NCBI GenBank assembly: GCA_965248755.1
Contig: OZ252149.1
Span: forward strand, 3,200,001-3,264,000
Direction of reading: 5' to 3'
Length of the DNA: 64,000 bases
From: Candidatus Latescibacterota bacterium
GTDB taxonomy: Bacteria; Latescibacterota; CBDEFO01
Both the position numbers and the translations under genes were made by a program. Below the pieces are notes generated by a model. That model was given only the letters and a program-made list of their open reading frames with translations. It was not told the origin of the DNA and did not search any database. Positions within the stretch are counted from its first letter, which is position 1; every line of letters begins with the position of its first letter. This document shows positions 10,040 to 20,413 of this stretch, piece by piece.

Positions 10040-11074
10040 TTGACAAGGGCCATGTTGACCTCAGACGTACCACAGTTTCATAGTTATGTAAAACAAATAT
10101 TTAGTGTTTATTTCAGAGACATGAAGATTAGCTCAGGTCTGGTTTACCAGTTCCTGATAATTATCCACAAGGATCTGAGCGCAGATTTGTATCTGAACGG
10201 CCCTCCAATTGTTTTAACCACGCGTCCTAAGAAAGCAGTTTCGGAGGGCGAAATCATATATCTTACTGATGTTGCAGACGTACTGAAACTAGGTTTCGAA
10301 GATGTAACCCTTTCAGAAACAGACAAAGTAATTTGCTGCTTCAAGGTTGATTGGAAGTTTGCGCTACTTTTTGATTTTCGGGCCAACGGGAAGTTGGATG
10401 TTGATAAAATCTATACTGAACTGGCCTCGTTGTATCGGTACCTATCCTTTCAAGGTGTGTACGAAGCATTTGAACCACGAGCACAGTATGAAGAAATCAA
10501 GAAGCGCGGATGGTTTCCGTTCGTAGAAATCTTGGATGAATATGATAGCTTGATTAAGGTTTATGATGATAAGTTTGCTTTTGAGGGAAAACTGAGTGAA
10601 CTCTTGAATAGGTTTGACAAGGATCGAATTAACAAGATTACCGGAAGATGGTGGGCACACAAAGCATTCAAAGAAAAGGAAAAGATGTTGAAGGCCGGCA
10701 TTAATGCGTTTTTGCGGGGAGATGATGAAGGCTACATACAAAGCATCAAAACTCTGTATACCGAAATAGAGGGAATTCTTCTCTTTCATTATTTTCGTGA
10801 AACGGGAAAGGGATCGATGAAGATGTCGGACTTGCTTGATTATGTTTTGCAGAAAGGTCGTGTTAAATCGGGTTCGGATCAATCTTTCTTTTTCCCTCTA
10901 AAGTTCTTCGAATATCTAAGAGATGTGCTTTTTGCTGACTTCGATTTGGAAAGTCAGAAAACTGATATTTCTCGACACACTGTGTCTCACGGTGTTGCAG
11001 ATGTTGGTGACTACACAAAGGAACGTGCTGTTCAGGCAATTCTTATTCTGGATCAAATATACTTCTATTTATAA
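10040..11074 (+). CDS. hypothetical protein with a C-terminal HEPN-like Rx4H motif; 5' end probably disrupted
   Basis: SRHTVSHG near the C-terminus; AT-rich; likely original GTG start at 9910. Confidence 0.55.
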   Translation: MTRAMLTSDVPQFHSYVKQIFSVYFRDMKISSGLVYQFLIIIHKDLSADLYLNGPPIVLTTRPKKAVSEGEIIYLTDVADVLKLGFEDVTLSETDKVICCFKVDWKFALLFDFRANGKLDVDKIYTELASLYRYLSFQGVYEAFEPRAQYEEIKKRGWFPFVEILDEYDSLIKVYDDKFAFEGKLSELLNRFDKDRINKITGRWWAHKAFKEKEKMLKAGINAFLRGDDEGYIQSIKTLYTEIEGILLFHYFRETGKGSMKMSDLLDYVLQKGRVKSGSDQSFFFPLKFFEYLRDVLFADFDLESQKTDISRHTVSHGVADVGDYTKERAVQAILILDQIYFYL

Positions 11075-11165
11075 CCCTATGTCCTTGCACAAAGACTTCT
11101 GTATTTTACGTCCTCCCAGCAACAATACATGTCAGCTGTACTGCTTCCCAGGAAAGCGACACCAA

Positions 11166-12029
11166 TTAAGCAACCTGGGGTAGTAGATAAAATTGTTTTC
11201 TCCACTCTTTTGGGGTCTTATATCCCAGGGATGAATGAAGCCTGTTCTTGTTGTAATTATCGATCCACTGAGATATGATCTTCTCAGCCTGTTCAAAGGA
11301 TTCAAACTTGTGAAGCCAAACACACTCTTGCTTGAGGGTCCTGAAAAAACGCTCTACAACACCGTTCCAATCGGGTTTACCACTTGGTATGTATTCCTGA
11401 CGAATTCCCCAATATTCGGTACTGGCCAAATAGGCCCGAGCCAAAAAGATGGAACCATTGTCAGAGCGCAAAGTGAGACCCTGGGGGACAGCCTCCTTGG
11501 AAGTGTATCGAGAGATCACGGCCCGATCCAGGGCATCTGTGGCCTCCAGTGCCCTCCCTTTTCGACTAAAACGATACCCAGGAACCTCCCGGCTTCCGTT
11601 GTCCACCACCGCAATAAGAGGACACCAACCATCTTTTCCACAGTAAATCTTTGTCAAGTCACTCGACCACAAACTGTCGGGACTATCCACCACAGAACGC
11701 TTCTGGGCAACCTGTGGCCCCTTTCTCCCGGGACGATTCCACAGCTTACACTGCCACCCCTTAAGCTTCATTATCCTATGAACCTTCTTAACGTTGACAC
11801 ATTCCCCTTCCTTGAAACGAAGATGCGCCCAAACCCGCCTGTGACCAAATGCCTCTTCTTGGTCCAGTATCCCTCGAATACGAAAAGCAAGCTCCTCATC
11901 TATCACAGGCTCTTTAACAGAAGAACTGACACCTCTATCCCTAAACCTATACAGAGTCGAACGATGCAAACCCAAAGCCAAAGCTACCACCTTGCGGGAA
12001 TAGCCTCGACCCAAAAACCGCCCACTCAA
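11166..12029 (-). CDS. IS3 transposase OrfB (rve/DDE)
   Basis: WSSDLT, RSDNG, ERFFRTLKQE and YNKNRLHSSLGY motifs. Confidence 0.93.
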   Translation of the reverse strand: MSGRFLGRGYSRKVVALALGLHRSTLYRFRDRGVSSSVKEPVIDEELAFRIRGILDQEEAFGHRRVWAHLRFKEGECVNVKKVHRIMKLKGWQCKLWNRPGRKGPQVAQKRSVVDSPDSLWSSDLTKIYCGKDGWCPLIAVVDNGSREVPGYRFSRKGRALEATDALDRAVISRYTSKEAVPQGLTLRSDNGSIFLARAYLASTEYWGIRQEYIPSGKPDWNGVVERFFRTLKQECVWLHKFESFEQAEKIISQWIDNYNKNRLHSSLGYKTPKEWRKQFYLLPQVA

Positions 12030-12355
12030 GGCAACCGCTTCGTTTTTTTTAGACGGGCTACCTCTTCGAGTATCTCCAACTGGAGCGTCAACTGCCCTAC
12101 CTTGCGCTCCAACCGGCTAACCTCTCGCTCCTTCGGATCCTTGCGACCACGCCGAGACTTCAGACTCTCCTGGCCCCCTTCTAAGAAACTATCACGCCAA
12201 GCATACGCCTGCGACTGGCTAATTCCATTCTTACGACACACCTCAGATAGATCTGCTCCTCTCAAAAGAGCCAACACAATCTCTCCCTTACGGGTCGCCG
12301 TCCAGCGCTTACCATCTTTCACTTCGGGGCTCGACACCTTGACCTCCCTTCTCAA
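12026..12355 (-). CDS. IS3 OrfA (HTH); A8 slippery run at 12043-12050
   Basis: HTH plus leucine-zipper-like C-terminus; a -1 shift at the A run enters the OrfB frame. Confidence 0.88.
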   Translation of the reverse strand: MRREVKVSSPEVKDGKRWTATRKGEIVLALLRGADLSEVCRKNGISQSQAYAWRDSFLEGGQESLKSRRGRKDPKEREVSRLERKVGQLTLQLEILEEVARLKKTKRLP

Positions 12356-12516
12356 ACCCCAATTTGCGAAATATTTGTCGCTCTGTCAAGGGGAGCGGTA
12401 TGCAGCTCAACTCCTCTGCTTCCAGCTACTCCAGTCGTCCCACAATCTCTCGAAGCCTACATCCGTAAGTGGGGGCTTCGCCAACTTCCGTGTCATCTCA
12501 AGAAGCGAAAACGTTG

Positions 12517-12545
12517 TTGACAGTGTGAATTCCTTTGTGTATAAT
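12517..12545 (+). promoter_or_regulatory. consensus sigma70 promoter of the toxin-antitoxin operon
   Basis: TTGACA-N17-TATAAT. Confidence 0.8.
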
Positions 12546-12574
12546 TTATGTGTAATAATTAAGGAGGTGGCTCT

Positions 12575-12829
12575 ATGGCGAATGATAATAAGAGAAGACG
12601 CATAGATATCTCATTGCCGGAGAAAACTATCAAACTGATTGACCGGATCTGGCCGCAAGAGGGGTTCAGGTCTCGCAGCGCATTCATAGATGAGGCAGCG
12701 CAACGATATACAATACGAATGCAAAAGGCGAATGTTAAACGCAGTTTGAGAGCTGGCTATCGGGCTCGCGCCGAGCGGGATCTGGAGGTGGTGGGGGAGT
12801 GGGAAGCAGCGAACACTGGGGTTCTGTAG
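12575..12829 (+). CDS. ribbon-helix-helix antitoxin (CopG/EndoAI-like)
   Basis: RIDISLP..SRSAFI motif; directly upstream of the MazF-type toxin. Confidence 0.85.
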   Translation: MANDNKRRRIDISLPEKTIKLIDRIWPQEGFRSRSAFIDEAAQRYTIRMQKANVKRSLRAGYRARAERDLEVVGEWEAANTGVL

Positions 12830-12861
12830 GACAGAGCAGACAGAAAGATAGGGAATAATCG

Positions 12862-13212
12862 ATGGCCTATCCTAAACGTGGGTCTGTGTACCTGGTGAAC
12901 CTCGACCCCACGATTGGGTCAGAGATCAAAAAGACTCGGCCTGCTGTTATTATCCAAAATGATGTCGGCAATCAGTACAGCCCTGTAACTATCGTGGCGC
13001 CGATTACCAGCGGCGAAAGAGCTGCCTATACCGGAGAAGTGGAAGTGAAAGCCCCAGAAGAGAATCTTGGAATTAATTCGCTAATCTTACTAAGTCAAAT
13101 TCGCGCCATTGATAAAGATCGGCTGGTTAAATACCTGGGCAGCCTGGACTCAGATACCATGCGGAGGGTCGATCGAGCAATCTTCATAAGCCTGGGTTTG
13201 ATTCCAACATAA
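12862..13212 (+). CDS. mazF: PemK/MazF family endoribonuclease toxin
   Basis: DPTIGSEIKKTRPAVIIQND and QIRAIDKDRL motifs. Confidence 0.92.
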   Translation: MAYPKRGSVYLVNLDPTIGSEIKKTRPAVIIQNDVGNQYSPVTIVAPITSGERAAYTGEVEVKAPEENLGINSLILLSQIRAIDKDRLVKYLGSLDSDTMRRVDRAIFISLGLIPT

Positions 13213-13345
13213 AGCGTTTGAGAAACTGATAAGGTGTATGAAGTGAACCCATTTTTCTGAGCATGAAATCGGACAAGTTAAGCAAGTGTTTCGCGGTGGT
13301 TTCAGCGACTACCAAAGAGGATTTTCCTTTTCATGGGGATCGAAC

Positions 13346-14851
13346 TTATGCCCTTCTTTTCGATATGGCCTTTTCGTAGAGCTGGATGTACTTCTTGGCG
13401 GAGGATTCCCACGAGAAATCTTTTGACATAGCGCTTTGCATTATGTTTTTCCACGCATCCTTATTCTGATAAGTCCCGACAGCCCTAAATATTGCCTCCA
13501 ACATCGCATCGGGAGAGTAGTCGCTGAAGACAAAGCCAGTGCCCTTTCCTGTCTTTTGATCGTAATCGTCTATCGTATCGGCGAGTCCTCCTGTCCTCCT
13601 GACTATAGGAATCGTGCCGTATTTGAGGCTGTAGAGCTGGTTCAAGCCGCACGGTTCAAATCTGGACGGCATCAAAAACATATCGGATCCGGCCTCTATC
13701 AGGTGAGCTAATCTATTGTCGAAGGCCAGATTTACTTTGATCTTCTCTGGGTACTCCTTCTCAAGCTTTTGCAGCATGTCGTGGTACTTCTTCTGCCCTG
13801 TCCCGAGGACTATCACCTGCAAATCCTGCGACATCATCTTATCGGCGGCTTTTTCTATAAGATCGAATCCCTTCTGATCCGCAAGTCTGGATATTATTCC
13901 GATAAGTGGCACGTCTTCCTTTAAGATCGGCAAGCCGTTCTGCTTTAACAGTTCCTCTTTATTTTTCCTCTTTCCCGAAAGATCGTCCGGCGCATAGTTG
14001 AAAGGTATCAGTTGATCTACGGCTGGATTCCAGATAGAGTAGTCGATCCCGTTCACTATCCCGTGCAGATCTTCAGACCTGTCCTTAAGCAAGCCCTCCA
14101 GACCGTAGCCGAACTCCTCTGCCGTTTGAATCTCTTCTGAATAGCGTCGGCTTACGGTGTTCAAGACATCGGCATAGACTATGCCCGCCTTCATAAAGTT
14201 GAACTTTCCCCAGAACTCGAAAGGACTCAGGGGATAGAACGCGTCCTCTGGAAAGCCAGTAAGCGACAGCGCTTTTTTCGGATAGATCCCCTGATATTGG
14301 AGATTGTGAATGGTGTAGAGAGTTGAGATATCCCTGTAGAACTGGTTATCGCTGTAAAGGGTTTTGAGATACGCCGGTATCAATCCCGTCTGGTAATCGT
14401 TGCAGTGAATAACATCGGGCTTCCAGTCCAGAGCCTCGATGAAGGACAGAAGGGCGCGCATAAAGAATATATATCTTTCGTGGTTATCTCTATAACCCTC
14501 CCCAGTCTTGGGATCGTTGTAAATGCCCTTTCTGGAGAAGTACTCCGTGTTTTCGATGAAATACGTCTCCACACAAGAGCCGGGCAATTGTGCCTTCCAA
14601 AGGGAAGCAGACGTGTGTTTAGAACCCATAGATATCTTAGTATCAGGGATCTCATCAACTTTAGAAAGCTCGAGCTCCTCATCGTCGATAGAACCGTACT
14701 TAGGTATGAAGACGATTATTTCCGCACCTGACACCTTCAAGGCCTTCGGGAGCGCGCCTGCCACATCCGCAAGCCCTCCTGCCTTCGCAAAGGGAGCCGC
14801 CTCAGCGGAGGCGAAGCAGACTCTCAGTGATGTCTTCTCTGCATGTTCCAT
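13346..14851 (-). CDS. glgA: glycogen synthase
   Basis: KAGGLADV, HCNDYQ and PSRFEPCGLNQ motifs. Confidence 0.95.
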   Translation of the reverse strand: MEHAEKTSLRVCFASAEAAPFAKAGGLADVAGALPKALKVSGAEIIVFIPKYGSIDDEELELSKVDEIPDTKISMGSKHTSASLWKAQLPGSCVETYFIENTEYFSRKGIYNDPKTGEGYRDNHERYIFFMRALLSFIEALDWKPDVIHCNDYQTGLIPAYLKTLYSDNQFYRDISTLYTIHNLQYQGIYPKKALSLTGFPEDAFYPLSPFEFWGKFNFMKAGIVYADVLNTVSRRYSEEIQTAEEFGYGLEGLLKDRSEDLHGIVNGIDYSIWNPAVDQLIPFNYAPDDLSGKRKNKEELLKQNGLPILKEDVPLIGIISRLADQKGFDLIEKAADKMMSQDLQVIVLGTGQKKYHDMLQKLEKEYPEKIKVNLAFDNRLAHLIEAGSDMFLMPSRFEPCGLNQLYSLKYGTIPIVRRTGGLADTIDDYDQKTGKGTGFVFSDYSPDAMLEAIFRAVGTYQNKDAWKNIMQSAMSKDFSWESSAKKYIQLYEKAISKRRA

Positions 14852-15050
14852 ATGGTATTGTGGCTAAAATAGGAAAGACAGTGGCAGGCTACTTGATCTT
14901 CGAATGAATCTATCGGAGTTTGAATATAGCTGGTCTGCTTGAGTTAGGTGCTAAGCACCGCAGTCACACGAGGATGCCCCATGCTCACCTGTATATTGCA
15001 CAATTTGCCGCGGCTATGCAAGTTTAGGTGGATGGGACCGATGTTCCGTC

Positions 15051-16043
15051 TTATGAGTATAAATGAGCCACATAATCCGCGTAGCCGTTGTACAACTGCG
15101 TAGGTATGAAATCGTAGCTGACCCTTTTGTTAGAGATAAAACGTTCTTCCGCCTGGGACCACCGGGGGTGTGGCACATTCGGATTGACATTGGCCCAGAA
15201 GTCGTACTCCCGAGGGACTAATGTATTCCAGAAAGTTGCGGGCTTATAGTCAGTAAACTCAATGCGTACGATCGACTTGATGCTCTTAAAGCCGTACTTC
15301 CAGGGTACGACCAGCCGGATGGGTGCGCCGTGCTGTTTGGGCAGTTCGTGGCCATAGATGCCTGTCGCAAGCAGCGTCAACTCGTTCATTGCCTCTTCCA
15401 TAGTTAGCGCTTCCTCGTAAGGCCAGGGATATGCGGGGCGATTCCACTGTCCATCCGCCTCACGTGGATTGAGGAAGGTAGTCATTTTGACATACCTGGC
15501 GGAAGATAGGGGTTCTACCTCCTTAATAAGGGCCGTCATAGGAAAACCTGTCCACGGCAGGGCCATAGACCATGCTTCCACACAACGGAGGCGATAGAGC
15601 CGCTCTTCCAATGGCATATTACGGATGAGATCGTCGATATCATAAGTCTTCGGGTTATTGACCTTCCCCGTCACTTCGACCTTCCAGGGATCGATAGTAA
15701 ACTTGTCTATCTTTCTCCATACAGACTTATCAAAGGAAAATTCGTAGAAGTTATTGTACTGAGCGGCCAGGTTTTCTAAGGTCAGGGGGCGATCCAGCGT
15801 ATAGACCTCGTTATGAGGCGCAGGATAGAGACTCTCTTCGACCTCGGAAGAGCCCTCTTCTTCTGTGGAGCTACCGGGGGATTCTACAAACGGTTCAAAA
15901 CTACTTTCGCTGCTGCACCCCGTCCACAGTCCCGCAGCACCCAGACTCGTAATCCCCATGGCCTTGAGAAAACGCCGCCTATTTATGTAGACATCTTCCG
16001 GTGTGGCTTCTCTTTCTGGAATCTCCCAGCCTCTTCGTGGCAT
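15051..16043 (-). CDS. msrP: protein-methionine-sulfoxide reductase catalytic subunit
   Basis: Tat motif RRRFLK; NNFYEF, LRCVEAW and PWKYGFKSIKSI motifs. Confidence 0.93.
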   Translation of the reverse strand: MPRRGWEIPEREATPEDVYINRRRFLKAMGITSLGAAGLWTGCSSESSFEPFVESPGSSTEEEGSSEVEESLYPAPHNEVYTLDRPLTLENLAAQYNNFYEFSFDKSVWRKIDKFTIDPWKVEVTGKVNNPKTYDIDDLIRNMPLEERLYRLRCVEAWSMALPWTGFPMTALIKEVEPLSSARYVKMTTFLNPREADGQWNRPAYPWPYEEALTMEEAMNELTLLATGIYGHELPKQHGAPIRLVVPWKYGFKSIKSIVRIEFTDYKPATFWNTLVPREYDFWANVNPNVPHPRWSQAEERFISNKRVSYDFIPTQLYNGYADYVAHLYS

Positions 16044-16347
16044 GTTGCACTCCTTTTATATGATCTCAGCTGCTGTGGCTGATGCAGATTAAGATGCAGA
16101 TTAAGGTGTAAAAGTATCAAAAACGCATCTTCTCATTTGGCGATGATCTCCCCAAAAGATAAGATACCTGGAATGGCGAAAGGTTGCATTTTCTTTGCAT
16201 TCCTGACATGTTGAGAGACTTTGAAGACACCAGATAAGCAGGTCATTCCCGAATGTGTTTCTGCCGCCGTTTGCGAAGCAAATGGGAAAGCTTTGGACGA
16301 TTCGAGGCAATTAATGCGGGCTACAGGATAAGACCGGACGCTTAATC

Positions 16348-17244
16348 TTACCTCTTAAGAGCCACCCCCAGCGACATGGTGCTCCCTGCGGTTGTGTTGC
16401 AGCCGGATGCAGTATGGACGATTTCCAAACTTAGCTCGACGTTATCTCTTAAGAGATATGTCACGCCGGGCGACAGTTTCAGGATATTCTGGTCCCCGAT
16501 CAGATTGGCCTGTCCCATCGCTCCGCACGTACCGAGTGTTCTCACACCCGTTACCAGCCCTTTTATTAGAAAGCGATTTACAGCAAGACCCACCTCCAGG
16601 GCATAGAAAATTTCATTGCTGAACGGGCCGCCCCGGATCCGGTAGCCGAACTCTCCGGTCGAGTATCCTGGAACGGGATAAAAGGACCGTCCTAAGAGGA
16701 GGCGGATATCTGTATCCACTTTGGTGGTGCCCAGGGGTACACGGGTGTCGTCATCTACTTCGTACCCCGTAGGGAATTTGCCACCCAGGGCAATCGAAGT
16801 GACAAGGGGCTGGTTCATCAATCCCCGTCGAAGTCTCACTTCCAGATCGCTGAAACCGGTGACTCTCTCTGTCCCGATACCAGTTTCCCGGCCGCTCAAG
16901 TCTGTAAAGGTGCGGGAATCGGAGAGTCGCTTGTAGGGCATCGTAGCTACAAGGGTCAGATGGTCCAGAACCCCGTATTCCAGATATGCCGATAAATTAA
17001 GGTCCTTCAGTGTCCCCATCCCCGGCTTTGGAACCTCATGTCCACCTGAATCGAGGTTATCCGTTGATTTCAGGTAATTTGTTGCAATCTTGAAGTAGTA
17101 GCCGTTCTTCTGCTGAGTCCACGCCCCGGCAAACGCCGGAGAACTGAATGACAGCCACACTGCACAGATATAAGAAACGAGAAGAAATCGATTAACTATA
17201 ATACGGTTCACCTCCTCTGGTTTAGGATATTCTCCTTCATTCAA
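16348..17244 (-). CDS. exported, probable outer-membrane beta-barrel-like protein
   Basis: Signal peptide ending AFA-GAW; YLEYG motif; alternating beta pattern. Confidence 0.55.
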   Translation of the reverse strand: MNEGEYPKPEEVNRIIVNRFLLVSYICAVWLSFSSPAFAGAWTQQKNGYYFKIATNYLKSTDNLDSGGHEVPKPGMGTLKDLNLSAYLEYGVLDHLTLVATMPYKRLSDSRTFTDLSGRETGIGTERVTGFSDLEVRLRRGLMNQPLVTSIALGGKFPTGYEVDDDTRVPLGTTKVDTDIRLLLGRSFYPVPGYSTGEFGYRIRGGPFSNEIFYALEVGLAVNRFLIKGLVTGVRTLGTCGAMGQANLIGDQNILKLSPGVTYLLRDNVELSLEIVHTASGCNTTAGSTMSLGVALKR

Positions 17245-17264
17245 AATATAATCAAAAGATGCCT

Positions 17265-17870
17265 CTAAGACGGAAGCAAAAAGCCAAGAACTGCAATGTA
17301 GATCGGACCGATTATCTTATTTATAAGTCCCAAAAATAGAGCTGCAAAGATTATCAACATCCCGTACCGCTCCAGACGGGCATATGACGCCGCAAGATCT
17401 TGGGGCAGTAGCCCCATCAGTATCTTGGATCCGTCCAGAGGCGGGATCGGCATAAGATTAAAGACCGCAAGTATGACGTTGATGGCACATGCGTAGAAGA
17501 GGATTTGAGACAGAAAGGCATTTCCGTATCCGATCTGGCCGATAAGAATAGCTGAGACCACCGCCATTCCGATATTAGATGCCGGGCCTGCCGCTGCCAC
17601 CAGCATCATATCCTTTTCTCTGTTGCGCAGATTATACGGGTTCACAGGCACGGGCTTTGCCCATCCGAAGAGAACTCCCGCATTTGATATGACCAGCACC
17701 AGCGGCAGAATTATCGTTCCTACTATATCTATGTGCGGTACCGGATTTAGCGTTAGCCTCCCCGCATCTCTTGCAGTCGTATCTCCTCTCAGAAGAGCCA
17801 CGTAACCGTGCGCAAATTCGTGTACTACCACAGAAAAGAAAAGGACTGTAAGCTTGAACGCCATTTCCAT
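17265..17870 (-). CDS. site-2 protease (M50)
   Basis: HEFAH and FNLMPIPPLDG motifs. Confidence 0.92.
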   Translation of the reverse strand: MEMAFKLTVLFFSVVVHEFAHGYVALLRGDTTARDAGRLTLNPVPHIDIVGTIILPLVLVISNAGVLFGWAKPVPVNPYNLRNREKDMMLVAAAGPASNIGMAVVSAILIGQIGYGNAFLSQILFYACAINVILAVFNLMPIPPLDGSKILMGLLPQDLAASYARLERYGMLIIFAALFLGLINKIIGPIYIAVLGFLLPS

Positions 17871-18024
17871 TTGCTACATCCTCAAAATTAGCAATGTTGC
17901 CAAAAGTAGCACCGCCGGTTACATACACATCACCGACGCCTATTATACTCGATCCAACCTTATTGAGAAAATACAAAAAGGCGGGAACAAAATCAAGGAA
18001 AATGTCCACGTCAGGCTTTCATTA

Positions 18025-18053
18025 TTGACATAAAGGGAGAAATTGAATATATT
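18025..18053 (+). promoter_or_regulatory. putative sigma70 promoter
   Basis: TTGACA-N17-TATATT. Confidence 0.5.
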
Positions 18054-18131
18054 TGGGGTTGTAAAACAGAGGTGTCAATGTTTCTAGATACCACATCAAG
18101 GAATGGCACTAAAATTCAGCGATAAAGGAAT

Positions 18132-18229
18132 GTAGGGGCAGGGTTCCCCTGCCCTTGGGGCGAGTAGTCCCCGATCCCCGATAGATCCCCGATAGAAGCA
18201 ATCAGGGATCTATCGGGGATCGCCCCTAC
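18132..18229. repeat. GTAG-type REP doublet containing three nested micro-hairpins
   Basis: GTAGGGGC...GCCCCTAC ends; three ccccgat starts at 18169-18222. Confidence 0.75.
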
Positions 18230-18327
18230 ACGATGTTGGATCAGTATTAGATAACCTTGACGGTATACCAGACTTAGTGCCATCTCACAATGTGATGTCT
18301 ATATATCCTTTAACTTTAGGAAACTCT

Positions 18328-19383
18328 ATGGACAGGGATCGTCTGATTCGGCTGATAGAAAGCTTAGTTATGGCTCATTCTCCGAGCGGGAATGAAAAAG
18401 AGGTAGATAGTCTCATAATTGAGGAGTTCAGAACCCTTTCCAACGATGTCTGGCAGGATCAGGCGGGCAATATAGTGGCTCTCTTAAGGGGAAGATCATC
18501 AGAAGGGGCTATATGCCTGACGGGTCACAAGGACGAGATTGGGATGATCGTGAGTGGAATAGATGAAGATGCCGCTTTGATCGTCAAAAATGTCGGGGGG
18601 GCCTACCCCTGGGTCTACGGCGAAGGCGTTGTGGACGTGCTCGGGGATAATCGTACCATAAGCGGAGTGCTCTCAGCGGGATCCAGGCATACTCTGTCAG
18701 AACATATGTCGGATCTTAAGATGGGAGAAAAAGGGCTGTCCTGGGATATGGTGTGGATCGAAACCAAGATGAAAAAAGAGGAATTAGAAAAAGCAGGGGT
18801 GCATGTGGGAACCAAAGTAGTGGTGGGAAAACACAGGAAGCGTCCCTTTGTGATGGGAGATTATATATGCGGCTACGGTTTAGATTGTAAGGGAGCTGTG
18901 ACGATTTTAGTGGGAATCATGGAGAATCTAAAAGGAGAGGACTTCCCAGTTGACGTGTATCTTGCGGCAAGTTCATCTGAGGAGATAGGCGCAATAGGAG
19001 CTGTCTACAGCGCCAGGACCCTACCTATAGACGAGATAATAGCTGTGGAAGTTGGGCCTGTCCTAGAGGAGTGCGGGACGACAAATAGCCCTCATCCTAT
19101 CCTGTTGTACCAGGACAGGCATGTCGTCTATAGCGAGAGGATCAACGCCAGTTTAGCAAAAGTGGCGGAGGGTTTGGGGCTAAGCGTTCAAAGGGCGTGT
19201 GTCTCATCTTTCGGCAGTGACGCCAGCTATGCTAACAAGTACGGTGCTGCAGCTGCGGCCGCCTGCGTATGCTATCCCACTGAAAATACGCATGGATATG
19301 AAATATGCTCCATAGAGGGAATTCTGAACGTTGGGTGGCTCTTATCGGAGTACCTCAAAAAGGCAGTAGATAGCAAACAGTAG
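18328..19383 (+). CDS. M42 family metallopeptidase
   Basis: SPSGNE, GHKDEIG, SEEIG and FGSDA motifs. Confidence 0.88.
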   Translation: MDRDRLIRLIESLVMAHSPSGNEKEVDSLIIEEFRTLSNDVWQDQAGNIVALLRGRSSEGAICLTGHKDEIGMIVSGIDEDAALIVKNVGGAYPWVYGEGVVDVLGDNRTISGVLSAGSRHTLSEHMSDLKMGEKGLSWDMVWIETKMKKEELEKAGVHVGTKVVVGKHRKRPFVMGDYICGYGLDCKGAVTILVGIMENLKGEDFPVDVYLAASSSEEIGAIGAVYSARTLPIDEIIAVEVGPVLEECGTTNSPHPILLYQDRHVVYSERINASLAKVAEGLGLSVQRACVSSFGSDASYANKYGAAAAAACVCYPTENTHGYEICSIEGILNVGWLLSEYLKKAVDSKQ

Positions 19384-19560
19384 CCCCCGATTGAATCTAT
19401 CGGGCGTAGACAGGGCACTGCCTCCCATCCCATGAGTCCCCGATAGGTTCAATCGGGATTCGGAGTTTCATCCCCTCGCAATGACCTAAGGTTGAAACCA
19501 ATCAATGTCATTGCGCGCAAAGCGAAGCAATCTCGTAGTCAGTCAGATAGGAGATACAGA

Positions 19561-20406
19561 GTGAACAAGGACAGGATCAGAGTGGCTTTTCAGGGGGAGT
19601 TAGGGGCTTACAGCGAGCTTGCAGCAAGAGAGTTCTTCAAAAGGGACATAGATCTACTCCCCTGTCCGACCTTCAATATGGTCTTTGAGTCCACACAGGA
19701 GGGAAGTTGTGAATACGGGATGATCCCGATTGAAAACTCGCTGACCGGGAGCATACATCAAAACTACGACATGTTGATGAACTACAGTCTGGTGATCGCC
19801 GGGGAGATAATGCTAAGAATAAGCCATAATCTGATTGTAAACAAGGGAGTCAGGCTCAAAGATGTCAAGAAAGTATATTCCCATCCGCAGGCGCTGTCGC
19901 AGTGTGAGGACTTTATTGGCAGCTTGAAAGGGGCAGAGGCTCTGCAGGTCTACGATACGGCGGGGGCTGCAAAGATGATCAAAGAGGATCGTTCCACTGA
20001 CGCTGCGGCGATAGCGAGCGTTCAGGCAGCGGCAGGTTACGACCTGGAGATACTAAAGACTGGCATAGAGAGCAACCAACAGAACTTCACCAGGTTCCTT
20101 GTAGTGTCGAAAGAGGAGATCCAGGATAGGCACGATCCGAAGACCTCTATCGTCTTTTCAATAGAAAGTGTCCCCGGGGCTCTGTTTAAGAGCTTAGGCG
20201 TGTTTGCACTGCGGGATGTTAATCTCCTAAAGATAGAGTCGCGCCCCTTGAAAGGTAAGCTGTGGGAGTACCTGTTTTATCTGGATTTTGACGGAGATGT
20301 AAAAGACGGAAGATGCTCAAAGGCTTTAGGTCACCTAAAGGAGATTGCGGGATTTGTAAAGGTATTAGGTTCTTATCAAAAGGGACGGACGGTAGGTTCC
20401 GCGTAG
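19561..20406 (+). CDS. pheA: prephenate dehydratase
   Basis: GAYSE, PIENS, SHPQAL, NFTRF and KIESRP motifs. Confidence 0.94.
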   Translation: MNKDRIRVAFQGELGAYSELAAREFFKRDIDLLPCPTFNMVFESTQEGSCEYGMIPIENSLTGSIHQNYDMLMNYSLVIAGEIMLRISHNLIVNKGVRLKDVKKVYSHPQALSQCEDFIGSLKGAEALQVYDTAGAAKMIKEDRSTDAAAIASVQAAAGYDLEILKTGIESNQQNFTRFLVVSKEEIQDRHDPKTSIVFSIESVPGALFKSLGVFALRDVNLLKIESRPLKGKLWEYLFYLDFDGDVKDGRCSKALGHLKEIAGFVKVLGSYQKGRTVGSA

Positions 20407-20413
20407 ATAACAG

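Larger units (their letters stand above)
11137..12402 (-). mobile_element. IS3-family insertion sequence
   Basis: Imperfect IRs (TGTACTGCTTCCC / CATACCGCTCCCC); CAGC direct repeat at 11133-11136 and 12403-12406; orfA and orfB. Confidence 0.88.

Noticed and set aside
11235..12605. 456-aa plus-strand ORF
   Set aside because: Antisense shadow of the IS3 orfA/orfB; no recognisable motifs.
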